Made by a program: the position numbers and the translations under genes. A DNA stretch of 64,000 nucleotides from Octopus vulgaris (taxonomy: Eukaryota), in NCBI GenBank assembly GCA_951406725.2, contig OX597831.1, positions 59,458,001 through 59,522,000 of the forward strand, read 5' to 3'. The notes below the pieces were generated by a model. It worked only from the letters and a program-made list of their open reading frames with translations, searched no databases and had not been told where the DNA came from. Below, in pieces: positions 25,903-39,688 of this stretch. Positions within the stretch are counted from its first letter, which is position 1; each line of letters opens with the position of its first letter.

Positions 25903-28024
25903 TATATATATATAATATTATACGTATAAATATACAATTACACTCATAGATAGACATATGAAATTGGATTGGTTTCATTGGTCCTTTCAACTAACTGTCT
26001 TTTCAATAACCGGTTATATGAAATTGAAATTACAACTTAGAATCATATTATTTGAAATCGAAAAAAAATTTTATGAAAAATTAGCTTTAGTAGAAGGAAA
26101 AAACTTGTACACTCAGGGTAAATTCATTAATGGTAAAATGAATTTAATTTAGTTAAAAAGATAGTTTCATTCAAAATACAAATATTCACTTACAGAGAAC
26201 TAACATCATAAAAATACATATACATTTACTTATACATACACATACCAAAAGCCAATACGTACATATATACAGTAAACATAGATAATACACAACGTAGATA
26301 ATACTAATAATATGTTACATAAATAATCATTTTATCTCAAGCGATAAACGATTAGCTCTTTTTTAAACCATGACAAAGTCCTACCACAATATAGTTTCAA
26401 TGTGCAAACCTCCTTCACATTAAGTAATATGCTTGGAGATTCACATCATCTAGATATCAAGCCTGAAACATATACGTAGGTACTTTTTTGTGCATATTAA
26501 TGTCAGTGCAGCCATGTTTATTCTGTTATGCAACAGGGAAGAATGAAGTGATCACGACCAAACATTGTTTACCTAGCCACATAAGTACTTGCGTTTACCA
26601 CACGAACGCTGGAAACAGCAAAGCCAACTTAACGTTTTACTGAACGTGCGCATAATTTTTGACTTACCCTCATATATATGCGTGTGTATATGCATATAGA
26701 TACATATATCTATCTATCTACTTCTACATATATATATATATATATATACATGCGTTTATGTGCTTGTGTGTTCGCGCGCGAGTATCATATGTAGGTGTGC
26801 GCATTTATTTACAGACGTCTTTCGAAATTATTTTATGACACAAAAGTATTTTTTCGTGTTCCTGTGGAAAGAAATGAATGAATTTACATCACCGGTTTCA
26901 ACCCATTTCGTATTATCATCAGAGATAATGTAGTAATTGTTTTTCCCGAAGGTAGAATCAGTTTGACAACTAACGGCATTCAACTTAATAACTTTGCTCA
27001 ATCTATTAATTTGCCTGTCTAGAGATAATGCTATGTTGCTGATATATTTAAATTAATTAATTATGATCTAAACCTCGTGTATTCTTTGGTATACCATTTG
27101 AGGTCTTCGGGGTAAATATATCTCAACGGAGCCATCGAAGTTTGTAACTATTATAAACAAATGTATTTTTTACTTTCTGGCGTATATAGATATATCGACT
27201 AAATTGATACTTTTTTCCTCTCCACGGATAGATCGACATCAAGAAATAAAGCCATTTGTCGCAAGGCGGTGATGTATGTGGTTTAAACCGAAGAATAACA
27301 AAAAGTGTAATTTACGCTACGTTACATATATTCTATTGAATGTACATATTTAATACATAATTAATTAGTTCAACTCTCGTTCCAAGAAGACATTATTTAT
27401 CCAATTCGCGTTTTTTCTTGAGAAAGCTAATTATATTAATGAAAACGAATACCTACTAACTACATAAGTCTCCTTGGAGAGAATAAAATGAGATTTAAAG
27501 CCTCAAAGGTAAATTAATTTTATTTTCAAGCAGAGGAAAGAAGATGGTATCAATTTACAATCGATCCAATACATCTGTTTGTGTATGTTGCGCTATAGTA
27601 TTAAGTAGACATTATTTAGCGCATCATTAATTAATTTGAGTATCTAGCTTATTTTCATTTTTTAGCAACAACACCAGAATCAATTCATGCAATTCTATAT
27701 CATCCATCAATATCCCACCTTGACTCAGTATTTCGAATAAGCACTATTTATTCAAATGAAACATTGCTTGAACAGAACATTCCTGAGTATATGTACAGCT
27801 AATAACGATAGTTTTCCGCGTTTCGGCATAACATTGAATTTGAATTCTATCTCATAGATCGATTTGTTTTCTGTCTTTGGGGAAAAAGAATAATACTACT
27901 TTTTTTTCATTTGTTACACTACTCTGTACAAACAGAAGTCGCCATTTATTTTATGAAAGACACAAGAGGATATAGATGATATATATGTACGTATGAATGC
28001 ATATATATATTTTTTAATTATTTG

Positions 28025-28412
28025 TTTACTTGTTTCAGTCATTTGACTGCGGCCAAGTTGGAACACCGACTTTAGTCGAACAAATCGACCCCATGACTTA
28101 TTCCTTGTACGCCTAGTACTTATTCCATCCGAACCACTATGTTACGGGGACGTAAACTCACTGACAAGCGAAGGTGGGAGGACAACACAGAACACAAACA
28201 TACATATACACACACGCACATACACACACACAAATATATATACGACGGGCTTCATTCGGTCTCCGTCGACCAAATCCACTCACAAGGCTTTGGGCGGACA
28301 GAATTTAGAGTAGATAGTAGAAGACACTTGCCTTGAGTGCCACGCAGTGGGACTGAACCCCGTACCATGTGGTTGGTAAGCAAGCTACTTACTACACAAC
28401 CATGCTTGCACC
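28025..28412 (-). mobile_element. tRNA-derived CORE-like SINE
   Basis: Homologous to 35698-36116 along its length. Confidence 0.88.
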
Positions 28413-29694
28413 TATATATATATGTGTGTGTGTGTGTGCGTATGTGCGTATATACACACACGCACACTCTCTCACACACACACACACACACATATATACA
28501 GACATGCCCACGTACAAACAAACATACATAGTTGCATACAGAAATACACATTCATGAGTTCGTTTGTGTGTGTAAGAGGGCTTTTGTGTTTCTTGCTCGC
28601 ACATAATTGTTCCTATAACAACGCCTTATCTGACATATTTACCAAAGTCAGGACATAGAAATATATTTGCTCCTATAATAGTGCTTTGAAATAAACATGT
28701 TCTTTTATTATACTTGCGAATAGTATATGTTTTGCATAGAAAAGAGACACCTGTAACTGAACCAGGCACATTGAACTGCATTCTGCATCACGAAATGTTC
28801 AAGTTTATGGACACAGTAAAAATAAGCTTTAATGCATTCATTGTAGAGCTGTTTACGCGAGCTAAAGAGATTTCTTTGGCAACCACTCGACGTTCAATTC
28901 ATCCAATGTTTAGTGCATCCACCATCTTGAAATATAATTAGAAAACATCAATGTATATGACAGCTCCCCTATACTCAATATTTCAAACAAGTGTTTGAAA
29001 ATTATTTTAAGGCATTTTCATGCTTTTGAAAACTTCAAAGCATTCTCTATCATTGTACAGAAAAGAAAAAAGAAGATTACTATTTTAAATTTCAAACTCT
29101 TATCAGAATTTTGGGAAAATGTGTTTAGTATTTTAAAGGATATTTTAACAATTTCCTATTTAAAATATAATTGCATGTAAATGGGCTGCATGCTACGCTT
29201 AGAACTTTGGCAGTAAAGCCGAATCAGATATCTGTCCTCCATAGGAATAATTTTGATTAAAATAGATTACATATTTTGAAGAAAGAAAAAACTTCTTCCT
29301 TAATTATTGCTTAAAACCACATTTCGCATATTGCAATTTAAATTTTAATTGTTGTTTATAATTTAGATTAAGATATTTTCTTTTAGGTGGATTTTTACAC
29401 TAATTTTTCTAAATTAGGTGAAGTTTGATCTTGCTTTACCGGAGAATAATGACATAAAAATAATTGGCAATATTCAATATTTATTGTCAGTATTCTTTGC
29501 TTTATTTCTATGATTTTCTTCGTAATTTTATCAATAAATTAATCAGTAAAATAAAGGACAAAACATGAGAGTAAAAACACATCATTTTAGCAAATACTGT
29601 TTTCGTGCTAATATTAGACAAGGATAATTAAAATAAAAACAAAACCAGATTCTGCTGTTACTGCCGCACCTCTTCCCACTAGCACTAACTATAT

Positions 29695-29885
29695 TTCTTT
29701 CTAATTTGGGTACAAGGCAAGTAATTTTGAGGGAATGCGGGCGAGCTTGTAAATTTCACAGCAGTACGTGACTAGTATTTTATTTTCATTGCCGAAACGA
29801 AACATTGAATATGGCAGAATATGAACTCAAACCGTAAAGAATCTGAAGAAATAGTTTTAAATATGTTTTCGACGCATTAACAGTT
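29695..29885 (-). mobile_element. Old Meta-type SINE relic
   Basis: Degenerate GGTACAAGGC..TGACTAGTATTTTATTTT..GGCAGAATATGAACTCAAACCGTAAAGA. Confidence 0.5.
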
Positions 29886-30560
29886 ACGTCATATCATATA
29901 TGTACTACTAGTAATAATATTATGTTTGGCAAATAATATTTTTGTATATAAAACGTGTTTTCAAAAGTTTTGCAATGCGTGTGGGATTGTGTACCTTCAT
30001 ATAACTAAAGGAAATGCGGAATGTAGAAAGTTATACAATAAATAAACGCAAAAGTCTCCTACCAAATAAATATATAGGGAACATTGTGTATGTATATATA
30101 TATAACTATTTGGGAGACGCAAAACTGAGAAACGTAGTACCTGGAGTAATATGTATGTATATCCGCAGTCAAAGATTGGGAAACACAATTGTGTCTGTTG
30201 AGCATTACACTACTAGAAAACACTTCAATAACTTCAGTAAATCTATTGCTTGAAGGCCATCGCTAAAAATTAAAGAATTTACACACACACACAAGCAAGC
30301 ACGCAGACCCACATTCATACATAATACATACATACATATACATATGTACATATATATATATATATAGATATAGATATATATATATATATATGGGTGTGAG
30401 TGATTGTGTATAGAAGAATATATTAATAAAAAGAATTCCAACCTTGTCTGATTTTCACGTTTTATTTACAATCTTATAATGATATATTATAAGATAATAT
30501 ATTATAATTGAATAAAATAAAATAAAATGAAATAGTAGAATGTTAAATGTTCATTCTGAT

Positions 30561-30605
30561 TGAACTAGTACTTTCATGCATTGAATTCTGCAATCTTCGG
30601 GTTCA
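30561..30605 (-). ncRNA. Minimal type-I hammerhead ribozyme (CCGAAGA core)
   Basis: TGAAC-CCGAAGA-TTGCAGAATTCAATGCAT-GAAA-GTAC-TA-GTTCA; perfect 5-bp stem I, palindromic stem III. Confidence 0.8.
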
Positions 30606-31091
30606 TGTAGTAGAGTTGACAGTCATGCTTCACAATTTTTGACTGTAGCAAGATGATTGATTCTGTGCTATAAATACAGCTGGGTAGGCTCCAGAGTGCT
30701 AGGTTTTGCAAACTGTATTCTGACCAATCAGTGTGTAGTATCACTCAATTACTTAAGCTGATTGGTTGGTTGAGCTGATTGGTTTAGGCATCACGCTTTG
30801 TTGGACATGTCAAGAGTCCTGTATCTTGACCCTGGCCGAAGCAGCAATTGTTGGGTTATTTTTAGAAATGTTGTAAATATCCTTTGTCAGAGATTTTTAT
30901 ATTTCAATTGTCATCATCATCATTGTCAGCACCTTAATTATTGTTGCTAGTGGTGATGGTGGTGGCAATAGAACTTTTAACCCTAAATAAGATAATTTTC
31001 CTGCTATCTTCATCTTGATCACCTTTAGTATTGTTGTTGTTGTTAGTGGTCATGGTCGTAGCAGTGGAAGTAATACCTCTAAGTATTACTA

Positions 31092-32436
31092 TTATTGCTT
31101 ATTTAGCTTGGGTTCGAATTTATCAATAAAATTCTTTTCTCTGATTCTCCTCTCGATTTCACTTGGGCTGTGTAATTTGTAGAACGGAAATATTATATAC
31201 ATTTTCCGGCCACATGTTGCTAGGTGGTTACTCAAAGGTATCTGACGGACCTCTGGGTCTCTAATCTGTTGCCGGTGTACACGTGAGCGTTCTAATAGTG
31301 CGTTTCCCATCTGACCTACATATATTTCTTCACAATTTGGGCATTTGATGCAGTAAATTAAATTTCTGCTTTTGCAGTTCATATTCGCGTATGTGAATAT
31401 TTTCCCGGTTTTTGTGTTTATATATTGACCGGTATGTATGAATTGGCATGTGCCACATCGGCTATCATTGCATTTAGATACCGTGAATGTTTGGTCTTTG
31501 TTGCTGAGGTCAAATTTTGCCTTTGTTAGTAATGTTTTCAAGTTTTTAGGCTGTCTTTTACTAAGCACCATAGCTCGATCCGTGATTATGTCTTTTAATT
31601 CATTACTTTGGGCAATGATTGGCAGGTTTGCTTTGGCAATGTTGAAGATATTCTGGTGACATGGGTTGTGTGTCACTATGAATGGTATGACTTGTTCTTG
31701 TTTTCCTCTTCCTTGGGTTGTCCTAAGTTGTTGTATGGGTATTTTTATAGCCCGCTGTATGCCATTTTATATAAGTAGAGATGGGCATTTTTGTTTGAGC
31801 AAAAATTCTCTTAGTTCTATTAGGCGTTTGTTCCTGATATTTGCATCTTCTACAATCGTACAATTCTTCTGGCTAGGCAGTATGGGATGTTACGTTTTGT
31901 ATGTGGTGGATGGCACGACTGAAAATTTAGGTATTGATGTGTGTCTGTGTGTTTATAGTATATATCTGTGGTGATGGTGGTGTCTTTTTTAATTACCATT
32001 ATATCCAGGAATGGTAATTTGGTACTACTCATTTCCTTTGTAAATTGGTGAGATGGGTGTAGGTTGTTCAGGAGGATATTGAACTCTTCCAGAGTATTTA
32101 GAGATTCTGTCCAGATTATGAAGCAATCGTCTAGGTATCTCTTCCATGCCTTTTCAATATATTTTCTAAATCCAGTGCCATAGTTTACCTCCACCTCTTG
32201 GTAGAGTTGTTGTTCCAAGTATCCCATTACAGAGTTGGCGTAAACGGGAGCAAACCTCGTTCCCATCGCCGTGCCTCTAATTTGGATGTAATTCTTTCCA
32301 TTGAAGAAGAATGTGTTATTTTCTAGAATAAGTTTGACTGTGTCTAATATAAATGACACTGTGAATCTGCTGGGAATCACTTCTCTATGTTTTACTAACC
32401 AGTATTTAATCGCCTTTATTCCTAAATCGTTGGGAT
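31092..32436 (-). pseudogene. PLE RT + GIY-YIG endonuclease, frameshifted near 31850
   Basis: RGTAMGTRFAPVYAN, WKRYLDDCFIIW, LPFLDI, YYKHTDTHQYL; CNDSRCGTC linker; NLIYCIKCPNCEEIYVGQ..R...H..R.IRE..FI. Confidence 0.95.
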
Positions 32437-33643
32437 AAGTCAGCCAATCATAATGGAAATGCAGTATTGTTAAAGAAACAGAAGGGCGAGGCAGTGAGTG
32501 AATGTGGAAGTGGCACTCACGTGCTCTCTCTCTCTCTCTCTCTCTGTCTGTCTATCTGTCTCTCTCTCTTTCACACACACACGGAGGTAATGAATATGCA
32601 CACCACCCGTTTTCGGCGTAATCGTAACCGTAATCCTAAACATTGGGAGTTCGTATTTCTTTACCTTCGCCCATAAATACATATATATATACATATATAT
32701 ATATATTTACATATCATTAATGAAAGCAAGGGGCGTAATACTTTTATACACCTTCAATTCTTCTTCATAATATTTATGTAAGAAATGTCAAATTAATACA
32801 CGCTGAGCATAATGACTCGTAAATAAATAGTAACGACAACAACAATACTACTGCTACTACTACTACTAGTAGTAGTAGTACTACTATTACTACTACTACC
32901 ACTACTACTAATAATAATAATAATCTGTTATCAGTAATATAGAGACAAATGTATAAATGACGCTAACTTATTAATCTATGCGGAAGGGGTAGCATTCACT
33001 AGAGGATTAGATATTCCACATGGACAGAATAGAAAAGAGTAAATGTGGAAAAGGAGATTAAAAAATAAATTGAAGATTTTAAGACAAGATTTGAGTAGAA
33101 TAAAATCCGGGAAAGTGAGCAAGTTAGGAAATGCAAGATTTCAATCTTCTCTTGAAAAAAGATACTTAGTCAAAGAGAAAGGATTTGGGACGGTCATAGG
33201 AAAGTTGAAACAGTGTATAACAGCAGTAACGGGTAATACTTTCAAACATCATAATGGAATAGGTCAGGATCGAGAAAATAGATTATTTAAGACAGAATAG
33301 TGAAGATTTCATAACCATACAGATAGTGGAGAAGACAGTACTGAAGATGTGAAACCTAATGCAGGGGAAGCTTGAAAGATTTAGAGCAATATTTGGGATA
33401 AGTCAGCCAATCATAATGGAAATGCAGTATTGTTAAAGAAACAGAAGGGCGAGGTAGTGAGTGAATGTGGAAGTGGCACTCACGTGCTCTCTCTCTCTCT
33501 CTCTGTCTGTCTATCTGTCTCTCTCTCTTTCACACACACACGGAGGTAATGAATATGCACACCACCCGTTTTCGGCGTAATCGTAACCGTAACCCTAAAC
33601 ATTGGGAGTTCGTATTTCTTTACCTTCGCCCATAAATACATAT
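32430..33643 (+). repeat. About 250-bp near-identical direct repeat (32430-32684 and 33393-33643)
   Basis: TTGGGATAAGTCAGCC...CCCATAAATACATAT twice; two substitutions and a 4-nt (CT)n difference seen. Confidence 0.95.
32925..33450 (+). mobile_element. R4/Dong-like non-LTR retrotransposon fragment (pre-RT region)
   Basis: WKRRL..LRQDLSR..LKQ.I.A..NRLF..IW....HN.NA pattern; directly follows (CTA)n/(TAA)n, the repeat type Dong elements target. Confidence 0.6.
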
Positions 33644-33665
33644 GCATACGTGTTTTTTGTGCCTG

Positions 33666-33667
<2 letters not shown>

Positions 33668-33740
<73 letters not shown>
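33668..33740. repeat. (GT)n
   Basis: Direct reading. Confidence 0.95.
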
Positions 33741-33744
<4 letters not shown>

Positions 33745-34684
33745 ATGTGCGTGACTGTATCTATTCACAACCTCTAGAAAAATGGATGTCTTTTAATGCA
33801 ATATTTTTAATTTTGGCTTATTTTACTACTATATCTATGCGTACATTTTCATAAATGTTTGTCTGAGTAGAATTCTAGGTATGCGTGAAACATCAGACGT
33901 AAGGGAAACATTGGAAAGAAATCGAAATATTGTCCGAATATTACTTCAAATTTGTGCGACCCAAACTAGTTGACGAGGTTATTTTTAGTTATAACAAAGA
34001 GTTATTGAGTCAAAAACATAATTTTGTAGGTAGATAATAAGCGGCTTTCATTATTATAATACAAATGTTACTAATTCGGAGAAACATTACTTTCATTATT
34101 CACATATTGTCACTCTCGTAATGCAACACTGTGTAATTTTGTTTCAAATTGAAAGTGTGAATCTCTTTACAGATACTAATGAAAACTGGTCATTGTAGAG
34201 AAGTGTATTGCAAATACCTATAGCTGGTTGTTGAGAAAACGTAGAAAATATGTTAATGAAAATAAAGTTTTTTTATACGTGTAATTGATTTGATTCTACT
34301 GGTCTTAGTATAAGTTGGTAAGAATAGAAGTCATTTGACGGCGCTTTTTGTTTGTAATTGAATTTGCTGTTGCAGGTTCAATCTGTGGAATATTGAAATA
34401 ATACCCATCTTGTCCATTCCAAAGAATAAAAGTAAACTGGAGAGCATGATAATAGGGATGAGTCTGTGGAGTACGTTTAAGGCTATCTCGAACACGAATG
34501 AGAAATTAATCATTTTAATGGTGATCAGCAACCATAAGTTTACTAAAGACGTAAGTAACGCAGGAACACACACATGCTAAAATTGTAGTGATTAATAAAG
34601 GTCCTCGTATCTTCCAACTTCCATCTCCCTCATCAAACAAATATATGTATATGTATATATACATACATACACACACACGCACAT

Positions 34685-34723
<39 letters not shown>

Positions 34724-35440
34724 CGGAAGTGAGCATATAAATGTGAAACAAGATGGAAAAAGAGTACTCAAATACCAGAGATAGAGTTATATGCTTTCTT
34801 AAAAGCAGCGGAAATATCACAAAAACTGTTACTATCTTTTCTTTACTTACTCGAAGTATCTCTTCTCTTCTTACTCGATGCACAATAGCGACCTTACACA
34901 GTACACTCCTTTTCTATCTTCTCGCGCTAGCTTTCCTTTTCCTTTTCTCTCCCTCCTCCCTATGCTTAATGTATACTTCCCCTTTCTTTCGTCTGTAATA
35001 GATGACCTGTATATGTATACACCAAGAGATTTTATGCGCGTGCAACTGTGCATACGTATATGTATGTGTGTATGTGCGTATATATTTATGTCTTACCTAT
35101 ATATGTCAATATATGTATATAACTATGTACATGCTTCTTCGTATATATGTGTATTGTAGTATATATGTGTGTATTATATTATCTGTATTTTAATTCAAAT
35201 TTTAATGTATTAATTGATTTATATTTTGTATATAATTATTTGCCAGATGTATTTGGAATCTGTGCTTCGATTTAAGGTTTTCCACGATTTTAAAACAAGA
35301 GAAATTTATACTGAATTTATTTTGTTCATTGCATGCTTAAGACCGTTAGTTGAAAGGACCATTGTAAGAAAGCCATTTTCAAAGATGTATCCTTTAAACT
35401 AGTTCTATATTCGATTATATCGTCATTTCTGTTCATTCTA

Positions 35441-35491
35441 ACAAAACTGTCCGACGAACAGGAACGTGAAACTCTGAGTAACAGATTTTGT
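35441..35491 (+). ncRNA. Type-I hammerhead ribozyme (CCGACGA core)
   Basis: ACAAAACTGT-CCGACGA-ACAGGAACGT-GAAA-CTCTGAG-TA-ACAGATTTTGT; 10-bp stem I with one bulge. Confidence 0.75.
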
Positions 35492-35497
35492 TTTGTG

Positions 35498-35543
<46 letters not shown>

Positions 35544-35615
35544 GAAATATCACAAATCTGTTTAATTTGCTTTTAATAAAGTATAAATTTCTCTTGTTTT
35601 AAAATCGTGAAAACT

Positions 35616-35697
<82 letters not shown>

Positions 35698-35699
<2 letters not shown>

Positions 35700-35913
35700 C
35701 TCTTTTACTCTTTTACATCTTTCAGTCATTTGACTGCGGCCATGCTGGAGCACTGCCTTTAATCGAGCAACTCGACCCCCGGACTTGTTCTTTTGTAAGC
35801 CCAGTACTTATTCTATCGGTTCTTTTGCCGAAACGCTAAGTAACGGGGACATAAACACACCAGCATCGGTTGTCAAGCAATGCTAGGAGGACAAACACAG
35901 AGACACACACACA

Positions 35914-35951
<38 letters not shown>

Positions 35952-36113
35952 TACGACGGGCTTCTTTCTGTTTCCGTCTACCAAATCCACTCACAAGGCT
36001 TTGGTCGGCCCGAGGCTATAGTAGAAGACACTTGCCCAAGGTGCCACCCAGTGGGACTGAACCCGGAACTATGTGGTTGGTAAACAAGCTACTTACCACA
36101 CAGCCACTCCTGC

Positions 36114-36116
<3 letters not shown>
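35698..36116 (-). mobile_element. tRNA-derived CORE-like SINE, best-preserved copy
   Basis: GGCGCAGGAGTGGCTGTGTGGTAAG (A box), GGTTCAGTCCC (B-box-like), CACCTTGGGCAAGT core, internal (TA)/(TG), AAAAGAGT tail. Confidence 0.92.
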
Positions 36117-36165
<49 letters not shown>

Positions 36166-36259
36166 GAATTTACAAAAAAAAAACAAAAGACGAAGACGAG
36201 TGTATGAAGAACAACAGATAAACGGACGCATTATTTTAACGCTCGGGAAGATAGAAAAT

Positions 36260-36296
36260 CTCTTACGTTTCGAGCCTACGCTCTTCGACAGAAAAG
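36260..36296 (-). ncRNA. Minimal hammerhead-like motif (CUGUCGA variant)
   Basis: CTTTT-CTGTCGA-A-GAGCGTAGGCTC-GAAA-CG-TA-AGAG; same layout as minimal PLE HHRs; within a non-coding repeat starting at (TA)n 36161. Confidence 0.65.
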
Positions 36297-36879
36297 AACA
36301 CAGAAATAAACACGGAGAGGAATTAATAAATGTTTAGTGTCTAGCAATCAATAAATGCATTTTATACGTGTACGTACAAACATATGGACAGAAACATGTG
36401 CATATATTTGCAATCCAATAGCATTTTATACAAAAGTATATGTATAAAATATCCTTAAATTACAAGTATGACTTTAGTAGCAGAATACGGAAACATCTGC
36501 TAGTAAAGAATTTGTTGGATATCATGGAACTATATAAGCAGGAAGATATAAATTTCAATCAAAATTAGCTTATACAATCATATATCCAGTAATCTATCAT
36601 ATCTCACTTGCGCAATGTGTTATACATTATCCCTTATTAATGCAATCGTTGGTTTAGGGACCAGATCTTAATAATCAATAAATGTATAATTGCATGAATC
36701 TCAGCCAACAAGCCTTTGATAATCATGCTGTTTTAGGCAATGAACACGTGTGAAAATAATCTGAATAGACCATATACGTAATTATGTTCTATGCATTATA
36801 AGCTATCCGATCGCGCATATAAAGAATTACATACATGCATATATACATACATTCATAATTTCATACATACATATATGTA

Positions 36880-36972
<93 letters not shown>

Positions 36973-36996
36973 CTTAGTAGAAAAGATGCATTTGCA

Positions 36997-37043
<47 letters not shown>

Positions 37044-37440
37044 GTGCATAAACAATTTAAGCCACGAAAGAGATGACCTTTCACAGGATGTTTTACATGC
37101 TAGAAAGGACGTTTGTGTGTGTGTGTGTGTGCGCGTGCCAGCTTGCGCGTGTGTATGTGAGAAAGAGGGGGGAAAGAGAGAGAGTGAGTGAAGTATCTCA
37201 TTGAATTACGTTGGCCGGCGCGATGACTACCAAGCTTTTGATGCGGCAGATGACTGGGGCGATTTGAAAGATGTGAAGAAATGTTATATTTTCAGTGGAG
37301 CGCTTGTTTGTAAGCAACGTTTCTCTTTTCCCTTCTGATACACAAATGTATAGAATTTGTGGCCTGCCAACACGGGAGCATCCAACGTAAAGTTGACCGT
37401 GAAAGAACGATTACTCTGTGAGATTTAAACCAACCATTTG

Positions 37441-37517
<77 letters not shown>

Positions 37518-38164
37518 TAGATAGATAGATAACTATGAAGTATTATATATATTAATTTTTCATACTGTTCAACGAATTCTTATGCATCATACTAAAACAA
37601 ATAAATTGGGGTTGCATAATTTAAGGTCTTGTCCAAGATTCAAACATAAAGTGTCCATTAGCCGAAATACTCACGCGCCTAAGCGATTAATTAACGGGTG
37701 ATATATAAATAATATTTGGTTACATATATTAATATTTATATATATCAAATTTTATTACTTTTCACAGTTTTGCAATGTTAGCTACTAACACTTCTCACTC
37801 AGATGTTTCGAGTGAGTATTTTATCCAAATTTTCGAAATTCTCGATACTTCATGAATAAAGTTTTGATGTTAATAATTATGACGGATTTGTATGCTGATA
37901 TGACGGATATTGCTAATAAAATGCATAATATGATTTTAGCTTATCTTTTCCTTTTTATAAGTTTCTGTTACTAAACTGCAGCCATGCTAGGTCACCGCAT
38001 TGAAGAATTAGTATTCGAAATAATCGAAAACAGTATTAGATTTTATGGTACAGTGAACTAAGCACACCCCTGTTGGTTGCTAAACATCCGAACAAAAACA
38101 ATGAGACGTATACACACATGCACAAATACACATGCACACATACACACCTACACCCGCACATATA

Positions 38165-38325
38165 TATGTACACGATGAGCTTTCAGTTTCCACCTACGAA
38201 ATACGGCTTTGGCTGGCCCAAGTTTGTTGTAGAAGACACTTGCCCAAGTTGATATGCAGTGGGGCCAAACCCGAAAACATGTGATTGAGAAAGAAGTGCG
38301 TTACCACACAGTCACACCTGTGCCA
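38165..38325 (-). mobile_element. CORE-like SINE, degenerate
   Basis: GTAGAAGACACTTGCCCAAG..GCAGTGGGGCCAAACCC..TTACCACACAGTCAC. Confidence 0.75.
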
Positions 38326-38469
38326 CATTACAATAATAATTTGATTGTTGTTAGTATATGAATAATAATAACTGATTTCTGACATATCTGTGTGCATATA
38401 GTTTATCATATATTATAATGCATCTTATTATATGAGAAATCATCTTATACATACTAGCCAAATAATATA

Positions 38470-39128
38470 TTCTTTCTACACCAGGTACAAGGCCCAAAAT
38501 ATTTTGGGGAAGGGTCCAGTCGATTAGGTCGACTCCAGTTCACAACTGATACTTAATTTATAGAGTCGAAAGGATGAAACATAAAGTCGACCTCGCCGGA
38601 ATTTGATCTCAGAACATAAACAGAGACGAAATACCTATTTCTTTACTACTAGATTTCACAAGGGGCTACACACAGAGGGGACAAACAAGGACAGACAAAC
38701 GGATTAAGTCGATTACATCGATACCAGTGCGTAACTGGTATTATTTAATCGACCCCAAAAGAATGAAATGCAAAGTCGACCTCGGCGGAATTTGAACTCA
38801 GAACGTAACGGCAGACGAAATACCTATTTCTTTACTACCCACAAGGGGCTAAACACAGAGGGGACAAACAAGGACATACAAACGGATAAGTCGATTACAT
38901 CGACCCCAGTGCCTAATTGGTACGTAATTTATCAACCCCGAAAGGATGAAAGGCAAAGTCGACCTCGGCGGAATTTGAAATCAGAACGGCACAGCAGACG
39001 AAATACTGCTAAGCATTTCGCTCAGCGTGCTAACGGTTCTGCCAGATCGCTGCCTTACGCATAAAAATAGACGAAATACCGTTAAGCATTTCAGCCGGCG
39101 CACTAACGTTTCTGTCAGCTCGCCGGCT
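38470..39128 (-). mobile_element. Meta-type SINE multimer (three core units, two heads)
   Basis: AAAGTCGACCTCG(G/C)CGGAATTTGA at about 38583, 38772 and 38956; head segments at about 39000-39057 and 39070-39128. Confidence 0.88.
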
Positions 39129-39344
39129 TATCCACATAATATACTGAGAGATATGGTACTATGTTCGAGAGATGGATATCATTTGTAAATTTGTACACAC
39201 ATATAGATTCCTCAGACACAAACACTCACACATACGCACACACAAACACACACACAGTGATGCACATACACGCACGCACACACACTTACACGTATATGTA
39301 TATATGTATGTTATATATATGTATGTATGTATCTCTCTCTCTCT

Positions 39345-39608
<264 letters not shown>

Positions 39609-39688
39609 TTTTTGTTATGGAGACAATACTCCGTATACAGTACAACTGTTTTTGTGCTCGTTTATGAGCTAAGGATTAATAATAATTT

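Larger units (their letters stand above)
30391..32436 (-). mobile_element. 5'-truncated Penelope-like retroelement (probably Neptune-like, Cys-rich linker)
   Basis: RT and GIY-YIG ORFs, about 700-bp 3' region with HHR, 3' end abuts (TA)n. Confidence 0.95.
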
